From Rhodosorus marinus CCMP1338 (taxonomy: Eukaryota; Plantae; Rhodophyta), in contig JAMWBK010000006.1 of NCBI GenBank assembly GCA_029953675.1, positions 248,001 through 312,000 on the forward strand: 64,000 nucleotides of DNA, in the 5' to 3' direction. Position numbers and translations under genes: made by a program. Below are positions 1 through 12,123 of the stretch, one piece after another (the first letter of the stretch is position 1; each line of letters opens with the position of its first letter). Under the pieces are notes generated by a model. It made no database searches. It worked only from the letters and a program-made list of their open reading frames with translations, and had not been told where the DNA came from.

Positions 1-1762
1 TTGGATGTCGGCATCGTCGAGACTTTCGCCGATGACCTGAAGGCGCTTCTCACATGTCGCATAATACCGCTTTCGGAGATAATCTCCGTTGTAATCAACG
101 AACGTGCCAACTGCAGACACGTGGTAGGGTCGTCTAAGGTGCTCGAACGTGACTGAGAGGATGCCCAAGTAATGGCGACATCCTGTGGCTCAGAGGCAGG
201 GTCAGCTGGTCTGTGTAGTGACTGATACTTTTGAAGGTTCTCAGATAGCTGGGACGCAGAAATGCCAAAGTGCTTCGCCAGCTCCCCAAGGCCAGATTTG
301 CACAGGAACCGATAGCGTTCACGACGACGAGGCCTGCGTCGGCCTTTCTCCTCCCCCGTATCTGCTGCTCCGGTCGTAGAATAATACTTCTCCTGGAGCA
401 GTGTTACGTGACGCTCTAAAGTGTTTATCTGCATCAAGTCGTTCGTAAACCCAGCTTCATCAGTAAGGTTCTTCAGTATATTCGTGTCGTCTTCAATTCT
501 GGCCTCGGGTGCCTTGTTCAATTGCTCCAGAAAGTTCTTTTTCCTTTCAGTCAAGTGACTCCATCGGCGATCCCAATCCATCACTGTCCAGAGGGAAGTC
601 CAATCGCCTAACTCATCAAATCCGGAACTCTTCATCAAATCTCCCATGATGTACTCCTTTCTGTAGACTGCCACGAACGGAATATCCAGAGTCTCCACGT
701 GCAGAAAAGCAAGAAGAACAGATATCTTGCCTATAGTTGCCTCTCTTTCGTACTCATCGTGATCTGGACTACTGAAAGCCGACTGGTAAATCCACTCCGC
801 TTCCTCCCCGAGATCTTCCTTATGAGCTCGTCTCCTATGTCCAAAATGCTCCTGCAAGTACTCGGGCATGTCCTTGCTTCGGATTTCCTCATCGCGATCG
901 GTAAGGAGCCTCTCACGAGCTAACGACGGGTCCACCTTGATAGTCAGTTTTCGCAGATCCTCCATGTCGTTGATTTGAGTCTCCTCATTGGCTTCCTCTT
1001 TCCTGAGCATTGGTCCTGCATCTTTTCCATCTGCACACAGAGATGTTTCGAAATCGCGGGGATTAAAAATTGATCAGGTCGACGACGATGATTGCAAAAG
1101 TTACGATAAGACATAAAATTCAAGGAAACCTTCCGCTTACCTTCATCATCTGACACGACAAGAAAATCGATTCCTTGCAACTCATCCACATCCTTCTGGT
1201 CTCCAAAAATTTCTCGGGCGTCCTCTAGAGCGGCTGTATGAACTTCATCCGCGCCGCCCTTTCTTCGTCGTCTGTCGCCCTCGTCATCCTCGATGAAATT
1301 GTCCATTTCGTCTCCCTCGTCATCGTCATAGTCAATGTCTTCATCCGGACCTCGTCGCCTACTGTCTTCCTTCCCCTGATTGCGAACCTCACGGTCTGAC
1401 TCGTCCTCGCTCGCATCTCGTTCTAATCGTCTCAACTTTCCTTTCTTCTTTACCTTCACTCCAGCCTCCTCCAGAAGATCGAGATCTCCTTCTTCCATCT
1501 CTATCTCTTCTCGACCTCGCTTCCTTTTCTTTTTCTTCTTTTTAATGGATCGGGCTTCATCATCCTCATCCTCGTTCTCCTCTCCGCCGGCTTCTTCATC
1601 TCCGACCAAAAAATCGTCCTGCTCGTACTCGTTTGGAACATCATCATCCTCGCTAGAATCAAAATCCTCCGAGTCCTTGTCCTCATCCTTCACTTTAACT
1701 ACCACCTCTTCCTCCTCCTCCTCCGAACCTTCAGCTGCCTCGTTTTCCACAAAAGAACTCAT
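1..1762 (-). CDS. SPT6: Transcription elongation factor Spt6, 5' part (runs off the left edge)
   Basis: Exons 1762-1141 and 1030-<1, with intron 1140-1031 (GTAAGC..TGCAG). Acidic N-terminus MSSFVENEAAEGSEEEE..EYEQDDFLVGDEE, then LLTDRDEEIRSKDMPEYLQ, EEAEWIY and LDIPFVAVYRKEY, as in the Spt6 N-terminal/HtH region. Confidence 0.92.
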
Positions 1763-3389
1763 GGTTTCAAGCTTTCTCCCTCACCTAGAAACACCTTCAA
1801 CACAACCCGCCCACACAAAAAACTTCCACGAACCAAAAAGCTTCAACAAGCAAACTTCATAACATAACTACGGGGTACTTCCTCTTGAAAGCTGCTCACT
1901 ATAGCCCATCCCATTCCCTTTTCCCCTCCTAATCCCTAAAAACGTCACAGCCTTGTTCCGAAAACTTACGATATTCCAATCCCTTAAAGAAACCCTGCTC
2001 CCGCACACCGTCCCCTTTCTCCCTCCCAAACAAACGAGTTACCCCTTTAAGCGTCACTAGGCACCTACCCCGAATTTGTTTTCAATATTCTTACAATTCT
2101 GGTCTGCTTGTTTCAAAACTAAGCTAGCTTTAGACTACATTAAAGACAATAACTTTCTCACTGGGATGCAAATTCTATGGTAGGCTGCTATATTTGAAAA
2201 TATTGGATTTGTTTTAGATAGGATGATGAAATCGGTTGGTAGGAGAAGGTGAGGTTGTGGAAGTCCATCCTCAGGATCCAATTCATTCTTGTTGGGTTGA
2301 GCTTTCTCGTGTAGGATCTTTAGATCAGTACTCCTGTGATGAGACATTAAGGTCTGCGCGTCATCTCCCTTCGCGAAGCTGGAAGGTGATCGATCCGTCG
2401 CGCCGCGGGGTCCACCGAACACCTGAAGCTCTAGCCGTCGGTTCAAGTCAAAGATCACAAAGCATCAAATCACAAAGAGAGCTCCTAGAAAGGTCTTGTG
2501 AAAGATCCTAAGCGCTTCTCGCTAATCCAAAAACCTGCTCCTCAGACATCGACGGAAGGCGCCGTATGTGAAACTTTGCCGGAGACTTGGAGTAAGAAAC
2601 TTTTTACCCGTGTACGATTGCTGAAGTATAGCTCCATCAAGTATACTTCTTAGACTGCCGGCTCCAGCTTGGGAGTGTCCCAATCACGGTGTAGCCCCCG
2701 GTTCTTCCTGCAAGTGCGCATAATCCAATCAACCCCAATCAATACATGCAGATATAGATTGAGATATTGACTGAGTCTCTTTCAAACTCCCATTTATAAC
2801 AATTAAACGACACATGTACTGTCTATATCATACACTCTGCAGATTTAATTTTTAAATAGATATCTAACATTGTAAAAACTATACCAATTTTTTTTGTGAC
2901 GATGTGAGCAGGAATTGATTGGTTTTGTATTTTTAATATTTTTAGTTCTGATCTTTTTTTCTTTTTTTTTCTGGATGTTTCTGCAAGGAGCGTTCTCTGT
3001 CAAAGGGCATGAGCCAAAGAATATCTAAAATTTTACTGGGAAATTTGGTAGGCGAGCAATGTGTTGGTTTTTGACCGCGTTTGAGGTGGCGGAGGACGCC
3101 ATAGCGTGAAAAGCGGGAACAGTCGTTTTTTTGGATGATCAATTTGTGATGATATAAAGTCAAGAAAGGAAGGTTTGGGAAGGAGAGAATGAGGGGCAAA
3201 GTTGGAGAAAGAGAGAGAGAGAGAGAGAGAATTAGAGTAGGATAGGTGTTTATGAGTTTCGCTTTGTTCCTTGGTTTCTTGATTTTGGGAGCTGGGTGTG
3301 TTTTGTTTTTCGGGTGGGCTATGTAAGGTGTTCAAAATTGGAGCAGGTATAGCGTCAGAGAGGAGGGGTTTCGACCCTGGTTGGAGAAG

Positions 3390-6300
3390 ATGACGTCGGC
3401 GATTCATTTTAAATTTAAGTCCGCCAAGGAGTATGACTCGATTGGTTTTGAAGGGGACAACTTGAAAGTGGCGGACTTGAAGGTTGCCATCGTCGAGCAA
3501 ACGAAGTTGAACTCGGGAGAGAGTTTCGACCTAGAGATCAAGGATGCGCAGACATCAGAAGGTTTGTTTTGGCTTATTAATTAATTTATTTTTTTGTAAG
3601 GGCTTGTTGGCTCGTCTTAGATGCAAATACGTTTCAAATTGTCGGCCACGAGCTTCAGAAGGAGAGCTTCGCTGAGGTCTCGTTGTGTGAGAAGAAAGTA
3701 AAGAAGGATTGCAGGCGTTGATAATGCTTTGAATATCCTAGATCCTCGTCAGGCATGTTGGTCGGAATGATGCGAGCTGATCTCAGCATGTTCATGATAC
3801 ATCAGAGTGCATCAACTCTTTGCTGTCGTATTTCGATGGTCGCGATTGCGATGCTTTTCTTACACTTTGCTGGACTCCTTGTTTATGAAATGACGCAATG
3901 TCTGTGTAGACGATGCGTGAAGTCTCAGAACTGGATTTCTTTTATTCGGGTTGCCTGACTCTGTTTCTCGTTTTGTCGTTTCTTCTTTCCCTGTTCACCG
4001 GATTGCGCTTGATGCTGTTTCGCTTCAACGCTTTATAGAGTACTCGGATGAAAGCCTGCTTGTCCCGAAGAATACATCGGTCATCGTCGTCAGAAAACCC
4101 GGAATCAGAGCCGGGGGAATCCTCGCCCAACATCAAATGGCAAAGAAGAACGAGCGATACGCAGAGACAAGGAATCCATCAGCTACGCAACCAACCCCTG
4201 CAACAGCAGCTGCTCAGGCAGTATCGGCGTCTGGCCCTACTGCGGTGAAAGGGGAAACCGAGGAAGCGCGAATTGCGAGCTTGATCGACCAAAGCGGCTC
4301 TGGATTCGAGAGAGCTCCGTATCAGAAATTCAACCACTCCGGTGGGGTTGTCGGAAACTCGAATCTCCCATCTGGCGGAGTGGAGGGAGCTGGTAAGTAG
4401 ACTCTAGCAACCTGTCGGCTCCGCACCACGGAGCTATTGGACAACACGAGAACGACAAGCTCTCTTAGTTCGATTGTAGGCACCGCTGACCATATGTCGT
4501 TCCTGGAATAGGTCGCATGAATAAGATCGGGTATCAGCACGATCGACCGTCGAGGCCTGGACCGAACTATGTATGTCATCGCTGCTCAAAACCTGGTCAC
4601 TGGATTGAGCAGTGTCCAACGAACGGGGATCCACGATTTGACAAGATTAAAGTACGATACCCTACTGGGATTCCCCAGAGCATGCTGAAAACAGTTTCCG
4701 CACCGAGCACCGGAACAGGACTGCAGCTGGCGCCTGGCCAGTTTGTGACCCTTCAACCAAACGAAGATGAATTCGCAAGACAAACTGCGGGTTTGAGAAA
4801 ATCACGACAGGCGGAGGAAGCTCAGAGGAGGAGCGCTGAAGCGGAAAAGGCGAGCGGGGTAGAAGCAGCTGGGGAAGGGGCAGCTGAGGAGGAAATCTCG
4901 GCAGACCACAAAAGCGCAGACGATGTTGAACCCAAAATTGCGCCTGACACACAGAATCAGGACCCGAACGCTGCTGATACGGATAGCACACAGGGCTTGG
5001 CCGGTCAGGGGGGGCAGGAGTCGCAGTCGATTGGTGTTGGTGGCAGAGACGAGGGTGAAACACTGATGGCAACAGGTGTTAGTCAGGAACAAACTACAAT
5101 ATCTGAGAAGGATGCCATGGAAAATGCACATACCGAAAATAACCCTGGAAGTGACAATATAGCTGTAAATGAACAAAAAGAAAACTTGACTAACTCCAAC
5201 AACGGTAAAGATGAAGAGGTAAAAGCCGGTAGCGACGCCAAGGATACTTCACCGGGGCCAGTCGTCCAGCCTCTCGATATCAAACTAACAGAACCACAGG
5301 AATCCAAAAGCGGGGATAAAGAAGCGGTAGGCAAGGCTGCCGAGCCTCCCGCAAAGTCTGACGCGCTTACTCTGGAGGACCTGCTCGGCAAGGATGAGGA
5401 ATTGTTTACTCCAAAGCTCGGAGATGCCCAGCCCAACAGCGCTGACCTGATGAACGGGAAAAGTGCAGCTCCGGATTCAAGTACTAGGCCACAAGACCAC
5501 AGCGATGGGGGCAGCGGGAAGGAAGGACATGACAGTCATGGTCCAAAGAGTGCGGAGTTGAGAGATCTAGAACAGGACCAAGCACAGACTCCGTCAGAGA
5601 GTCCACCTCCAGACACTTCAGTACAAGGTATCGATTTCACTGCCGAGTTTTCGAAACACAAATCTGTTTCGTTTCTGAACTTATCAGACTAACGTTGAAC
5701 TCCGATTTGCTTATCTCGCAATTCCTGACCAGTGACTCGAAGGGACGAGCAAAGGCCTCAGACTTTCGGAAGAGAAGGCCGAGGAGGCTACAGGGGCGGT
5801 GGAGGAGGGGGGAGAGGTGGTCGTGGGGGGGGAATGCCCCCAAACTTCAATATGGGAATGCCGCCGATAGGTTTTCCCGGACGAGGTATGGGCCCGCCAA
5901 TGGGTGGCTTTATGCCGTTTGGGGTAGGTTTCCCTCCGGGCTTCCCGCCCGGTATGAACCCGGGCTTCGCTCCTGATCCAATGATGATGCAACAGTATCA
6001 ATACATGCAGGCAATGCAGGCCTGGAACCAGGCCCAAGCTGCTGCTGCTGCTGCTCCCAATCAGAACCCCGAGCAAGCGCCCCGGGAGGATTCAAGGTCC
6101 AACTCGGATCGGCGGTCTGTTGAAGACAAGGAAGTGAGTGGGTCCGACCGTGAAGGATCAGAGAACCGGGACAGATCCAGAAGCCCTCGGTCAGTTGGCA
6201 AGTCCGATTCCGGTGGCGATGGGCGACGAAACCGCCGCGATGATAGAAGCAAGTCTCGCAGCCGAAGCAGAGAAGACAGACGGGGAAGGGGTTATTCACC

Positions 6301-7657
6301 ATCCTCACGTGGCCGGAGAGGTCGCGACAGGAATCGGGAGCGCGATCGCGACAGGGTAAGAGGTAGAGACAGGGACCGGGAAAGAAACAGAGACAGAGAC
6401 AGAGACAGAGACAGAGACAGAGACAGAGATAGGGGCAGAGACAGAGGCAGAGACAGAGGCAGAGACAGAGATAGGGAAAGAGAAAGGGAAAGAGATCGGG
6501 AGAGAGACAGAGACAGAGACAGAGACAGAGACAGAGACAGAGAGAGCTTCAGAGCTAAAGGCAGAGATCGCGAAAGAGATCGGGAGCGGTTTCTTGACCC
6601 TGATTCAGACAGGGATCGAGGTCGAGCTCGCGGCCGGGAAGGCGGCCGAGATTTCGGGAGAAAGCGTGGACGGGATGGGGAGCAAGACAGGCCGCAGGCC
6701 AATAGACCTCGTGACAATGACAGCGATCAAGAAAGAGATCGAGATCACGATATTGAAGAACGCCATGGGCAGGATCATCGATCCAAGGACCGCCAAAACG
6801 AGAACGACAATAGCCTCGAGCGTCGGGAACGTATGGAGGGGTCGCGGGCCGAGACGGAAGAGCGTCGAGATGGAACGATGGACAGGCAGGATCGTTTTGG
6901 TGTCGACGATGGAAACGATGAGAAGGGGGATACAGTAGTCGACAAGGACGTGCCGCTTGACGATTTGGAAGATCGTGGGCGCCGATATGGCGACAGGTCT
7001 GACTCGGAGAACGGGCATGGATCCAGGAAACGCAACACCCCAGAGAGAGCTGTTCGTGCGAGTGGAGGCGGTGGATACGATCCGGTCGGCCCCGACGAAG
7101 GCGATGGGAATACCTACAAACGGCAAAAGACAAATGACGAAGATCTCCATCGTGATAGGTACGTTTCACCAGGCGGAAACAGTCTCCTCTACCTTCCAAA
7201 GGAGGAGGCGAAAAAAGTGGTCCGGTGAATTCTGACAGTTTTCGTACCTTTAAAATGATTCAGGAATCCAAGGGACTCCCCAGAGCGAGGCCGCGACTAC
7301 GGCAACTACCGACGGGACGACAAAAGAAACACAAGTCGGGACAGTTCTCGGGGGATGAACAAGGACAAGAGAAGAGACAATCGACGATGGCAAGGATCGA
7401 ACAAGGTGAGTATATCAAACGGAATTCGTTCGTTTCAGTGACAGTGCTTGCTTGGTAGTAGTCGTTCTTATCAGCAAATCGTACTTCTGTGACTCGGGCA
7501 GAGTGACAACTGGCAAAAGAGTAAAGGAAGGAGGGTCGACAATCGTCGAGGAGGAACTTACGAACGTGAAAACCAGGACGGTGAACGAAAGATCGGCATC
7601 CATGACAGACTGGGAACAAGAGATGATAGGAGAGGCAAAGGCCGCAGGAGGCATTGA
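3390..7657 (+). CDS. RBBP6: RBBP6/Mpe1-family cleavage-polyadenylation factor (DWNN/UBL + CCHC zinc knuckle + PSR motif + RD-rich tail), about 1121 aa
   Basis: join(3390-3561,4039-4392,4512-5627,5733-7158,7264-7405,7502-7657) keeps frame. DWNN: MTSAIHFKFKSAKEYDSI..EEYSDESLLVPKNTSVIVVRKP. Knuckle: YVCHRCSKPGHWIEQCPTNGDP. PSR-like motif: YPTGIPQSML. Confidence 0.9.
6330..6620 (+). repeat. Coding (GACAGA)n-like hexamer repeat encoding an Arg-Asp/Glu dipeptide tract
   Basis: Long runs of agacag encoding RDRDRDRDRG../RERERD inside RBBP6 exon 4. Confidence 0.9.
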
Positions 7658-8474
7658 AGTTTTCACGACCTTGACAACTTTCTTACAGCCTGCGACCAGC
7701 CTTAAAAATAAGAAGCGAAAAGCAAACTCAGCCTGAGGATCATCAGCATTCAAGTCCTGCCCAACCATTACTGGTCATCTAACACAGCCCAAAGCCAATT
7801 AGAACATATTCGAAAACAAAATTTAAAAATAAAATTACATAGATAGAAAGCTGGAGAAACCTCGTCCATTCAAGAACCACAAACGTCATCAAAATAAGTA
7901 CCTTCCTCCCAATCAAGGCTCATCACCCAACACCATTCCAAGGAAAAAATAATCATATATTAATAAAAAATAATATCTCTATATGAATAAAAATCAACTA
8001 AACAAAATTATATGTCCAATAAATACCACCTAAATATATGAATTTCTAAAGCAAAAATAAATACTCTAAATAATTACAAATTATCAGTATTAATATACCA
8101 ATCAATATTAAATATCTAAATCAATCAATCAAAAGTATCTTTATATTTGAATATTTTTGGCACGGTACTTGAAACCGAATCAATAATATTAATAAATAGT
8201 AATTTCTAGTTCGTGCGGTTGGTTGATGGCATTGGGGCAGATGGAAGGGGTCTCGTGGAATGAATGAACGCTAATGGGGATTGGTAGTGTCCATCTATAG
8301 AAGAATGAAAATGTATATGATGAGGGAAGGCGGTGGGGGAGGAGGGGGTGCGGGGAGAGGAAGGTGGTAAGGTTGAGAATACTTTTTGGAAGTGAAGGTT
8401 TGAGGAGTGGTAACCTGTTGTTTAGGTGTTTCTGTGGTTGTTTTTTTTGGATGGTAGTTAGAGGAAGGGAAAAT

Positions 8475-9125
8475 ATGGCGTTTGTAGTGGGCGGTTTGAG
8501 TTTTTCGGGTGCTGGGATTCAGGCGAGATGCGTTCGCGCAAGTGGGGTTGGAGTTTCGAGGAGAGCTCCGAGAGTGAGTTTTGTAATTTCGCCGCCACAG
8601 TGAGGGAGATGGTAGTACTGATTGTTTTTTTGCACCTGTTGGACTTGTTGTGGTTTCAACAGGTGTCCATGAGCAGCGAACCGAATACTGCTGAAAATAC
8701 CGATACTGACGCCGATAAGGCCGCAGAAGAAGCGCGGAGGATTTTGAATGATGGCGATTCTATGGTTGATTTGGGCGGTAGCTATCAAGCTCCGCGAGAA
8801 GGCCAGCGGTACGCCGCCACTTCAAGTGGAGGCTATCAGCCCGGATCAAAGGGGCTAGACGTTTGGCTGATAACAGGCTTGTGTATGCGTACTTGCAAAC
8901 TAACAAGATATTCGGAGATGGAGCCCAAACGTTGTCCTGCTTAACTTTTTTTTTTTTTGCCTTTCCCACAGTGGTGTTCCTGGTCCCAATCGTGATTACA
9001 ATCGTTGGCGTGATTAACGGGGTCAGTTCAGATTTTTAAGTATTTGAATTCAAACTTTTTTTCTAACTGAATCACCTGTTCTCCACGTGCTTGCTCTGTA
9101 GTGGATTGACCTCGACCCGAGATAA
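8475..9125 (+). CDS. Unknown plastid-targeted small membrane protein, 130 aa
   Basis: join(8475-8573,8663-8882,8972-9021,9102-9125): all GT-AG and in frame. N-terminus MAFVVGGLSFSGAGIQARCVRASGVGVSRRAPR is transit-peptide-like. One C-terminal hydrophobic helix, VWLITGLLVFLVPIVITIVGVINGW. Confidence 0.7.
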
Positions 9126-10392
9126 GTAGTTCATCTACATCCCTAATCTAGAACTTCTTCCCGAACCTACTGGACGATAAGTGCTTCCAGCGAAACCCTA
9201 ACACACACAACCAGAAAGAAGCCAGCGTCATCAATGATTTTTAACCGAGTACAGAACAGATGAATACGAACGCGGATGTTCTGCGGATTGGTAAGACTGT
9301 CGAAAGCGACGGAACACGCAGACAGAGTAAAAGAAGAAGAATGGCTTTCCCATAGTTTGGCGGTGTATTTCTAAGCAACGAAGTACGTCGTCCTTGGCCT
9401 GGCCCAGACCCAGTGGAGAAGGTACTCCGATTGTCTTCGAGGATCGTGTGTTCTCGCTATCTTCCTGAACTCGATGAAACCTGTTGAACCTTGGTACGCC
9501 AGAGCAAAAACGCTTCGGTATCTCTCGATAATTGTGGATGCGCGGCCTGAGCGTTCGTTTATTCTCCTCCATTACGTGCGGTTCTTGCGGTGGGGATAGT
9601 CAGAGCAAGACATGTGTGGATACAATCACAAACAGAATGCATGAACACGAGCTGGCTCGTTCCTAATGGTTATGCACAGAAGGCCTCCCTCGCAGTCACC
9701 GAGTGGTCCGCACTTTTGGACAATTGAAATCAATTTCAAGCTCGTAGAGCAGCTTTTTGATCCACTGTAGGAATGCTAGCACTGACTATTGAAGATCGTC
9801 CTCCCACTCTTCCATCCCAGTAGTCGACCGGGAGTTGGACCTTTCCCTCACTCAGTAAAACTCACTCGCACCCTTCTCGAAACATCTCCGCCATCATCAA
9901 GTCCCGACTTTCCAGGAAACTTACTTTCCTACAGCGCCGAATAAATACTGACAAGAGAACACCGTGCGTTGGCAAAACAGCTCAAGCAAGCGGCGCTGAA
10001 TCAAAGCCCCCGGTGGACGCGAAATTCTGGCAGCAAGCTCCTCGAGTGGAAAAGAAGAGGGTCGAATGTTTCTGCACACCGTTGCCAATCAACTGAACTA
10101 AGAGTCCATGGATTTTCCAGTTTCCTCCTCATGGACTCCACGACGACTCTTGTGAGAAGTCCACACGCAGCCATGCTGCTTTGAACAGGTGTTCAGCGTG
10201 CACCGAAGACTTCCTTTGACTTTGACTCCGTAAAGAAGGTGAATGGGAAAACGGTACGGTACTGTTCGGAACAGGGCTTCGTGTAGGTTGTTGTGACAGA
10301 CCGTGGCGAGGGAGAAGGACTGTCAATGTTGGGTAGGGTTGCTGTGTTTGATTGACTATTTGCGAGTGAAAAATGAGTTATATTAGGTGATC

Positions 10393-11967
10393 ATGAAAGA
10401 GGCCAAGGTTCTGCTTTACTATTTATACCGCGAGATTGTTGATGTAGAAGGTGAGAAGGATTGGCAGTTGCGTACTTGTGAGGAGTTGGACATTCTTGGT
10501 AGAGTTCGAATCGCTCGGGAAGGGATTAACGGTACTGTTGGTGGTGCCGTTGATTCGATTGTCGAGTATGAGAAGAGGATGACGAAGAGGGAGCTGTTTA
10601 GAGGGATTGATTTCAAGTCGTCGATGGCAGAGTCCGTGCCGTTTTCCAACCTGTTTATTCAGGTTCGTCCTGAGGTCGTCACCCTTGGTGTTGACAGGTC
10701 CAAGGTTGATCTGAGTGCTGCCGGAGTTCATCTGACGCCGGAGGAGTTTCATGAGGAGATCCTGCAAGCAGATGATCATACCGTGGTGATCGACATTAGA
10801 AACGAATACGGTGAGGGTCTGTGCAAGTGCAATACTTCGTCAGACTTTTTGAGGGCTGACCAAAGGCCTCCGGTTTTAGAATCTAAAATTGGCAAATTTG
10901 AAGGAGCAGTAGGTGCTCCACTAAGACAATTCAGTGACCTCCCTAGAGTTGCTACAAGCCTTGTGGATCAGCTCCAGTTAAAGGACAAAAAGGTGCTAAT
11001 GTATTGCACTGGTGGAGTCCGTTGCGAGCTAGGATCTGCTCTTTTGCGCAGCTATGGAGTCGATCAAGTGTTCCAACTTGGCGGAGGTATTCACAACTAC
11101 CTAGAAACTTTTCGCAGCGGAGGTGAGCGGTTTGTATCCCCCAGTGTCGACGAGATCCCAAACGTATCCATATCCCATCTTGTTCGCAACGGTGTCGACG
11201 CTCGAGCGTTTTTATGAACCCCTCAACCCCTCAAGAGCTTCATCTAGAGTCGTGCTCTTCAGGAGCCCCCCGTCCATTCGTGCCGAGAATATGGGCACGC
11301 TTTCCGTATGCACTGTTGTACAACGGATGTCGAGTCACGGGGCGGTTTGTAGGGTTAGTAGTGGCGGGGAGGCCTTCTCTAGAAATCAGTACGAGCATGT
11401 AGAGTACTAAGGGAGCAAAGGACAGTTGTCGCAGGAGCGGTCACCGTCGTTTGTTTCACGACGAGCTTTTGCGTTCGTTGAGAAATGGTAATCAAATTGG
11501 TAATGACCCTGTGTGCGCAATTTGTCTGTTCTCGACAGGCTTATTTCTCGGCAAAAATTTTGTGTTTGACGAACGGATCGCTGTTGGGCCGCCGGACAAA
11601 GAGCCTCAACATCAACTGGCCTTTGGACGATGCGATCGCTGTGAAGAGTCTTTTGATGACTACTCTGCAGGTCGTCGATGCAGATACTGTCGCGTTCTGG
11701 TCGTATTGCAACAAGTTCTCTTTCGGCGGCGCGATGATTCAAGTGCGGCTCGTCCAACGCGTTTTGCTGACCCCTACCCTTCCCCTCGCTTGTTTACAGG
11801 TTCTTGTTTGCGATAATTGCGCAGAAGCATCCTGCGAGTTTGAATGCACAAACTGTCCAGCGCTGGTTTCAAAACCGACAAAGACAAGACGAAAACGAAA
11901 AGAGAAGTGGTCCGCGGCCTCAGCTGACGTGCCGGAGAACAGCGCCGAACGGGTAATATCCTTTTAA
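10393..11967 (+). CDS. Rhodanese-domain protein of the TrhO/TSTD2 (UPF0176) family, 329 aa
   Basis: join(10393-10810,10880-11122,11539-11699,11800-11967). Motifs GRVRIAREGINGTVGG, DIRNEYESKIGKFEGA, active-site MYCTGGVRCE, GKNFVFDER, and a Cys-rich C-terminus (RCDRC..CRYCRVLVLVCDNC). Confidence 0.9.
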
Positions 11968-12123
11968 ATTGTATAGCTGTATAACTTCCTTTACATAGTC
12001 TCGAATACTTTACAGTTGCCGGCTCACGCTTGCCGTAGCCAGATTAGAAAGCTGTGCGCATGCTCGCTGCTTTGCTTTAAGCTCTATTAAACTGAAAACT
12101 GGGTGGACGCTTTTGCCGCTGAA

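Noticed and set aside
1380-1862. Ser-rich 160-aa + ORF
   Set aside because: Antisense shadow of the acidic SPT6 exon.
3755-3800. C/D-box snoRNA in RBBP6 intron 1 (AATGATGC..CTGA)
   Set aside because: Imperfect C box, spacing too short, and no terminal stem or evident guide.
6292-6717. (SL)n-repeat - strand ORF
   Set aside because: Antisense reading of the RBBP6 RD repeat.
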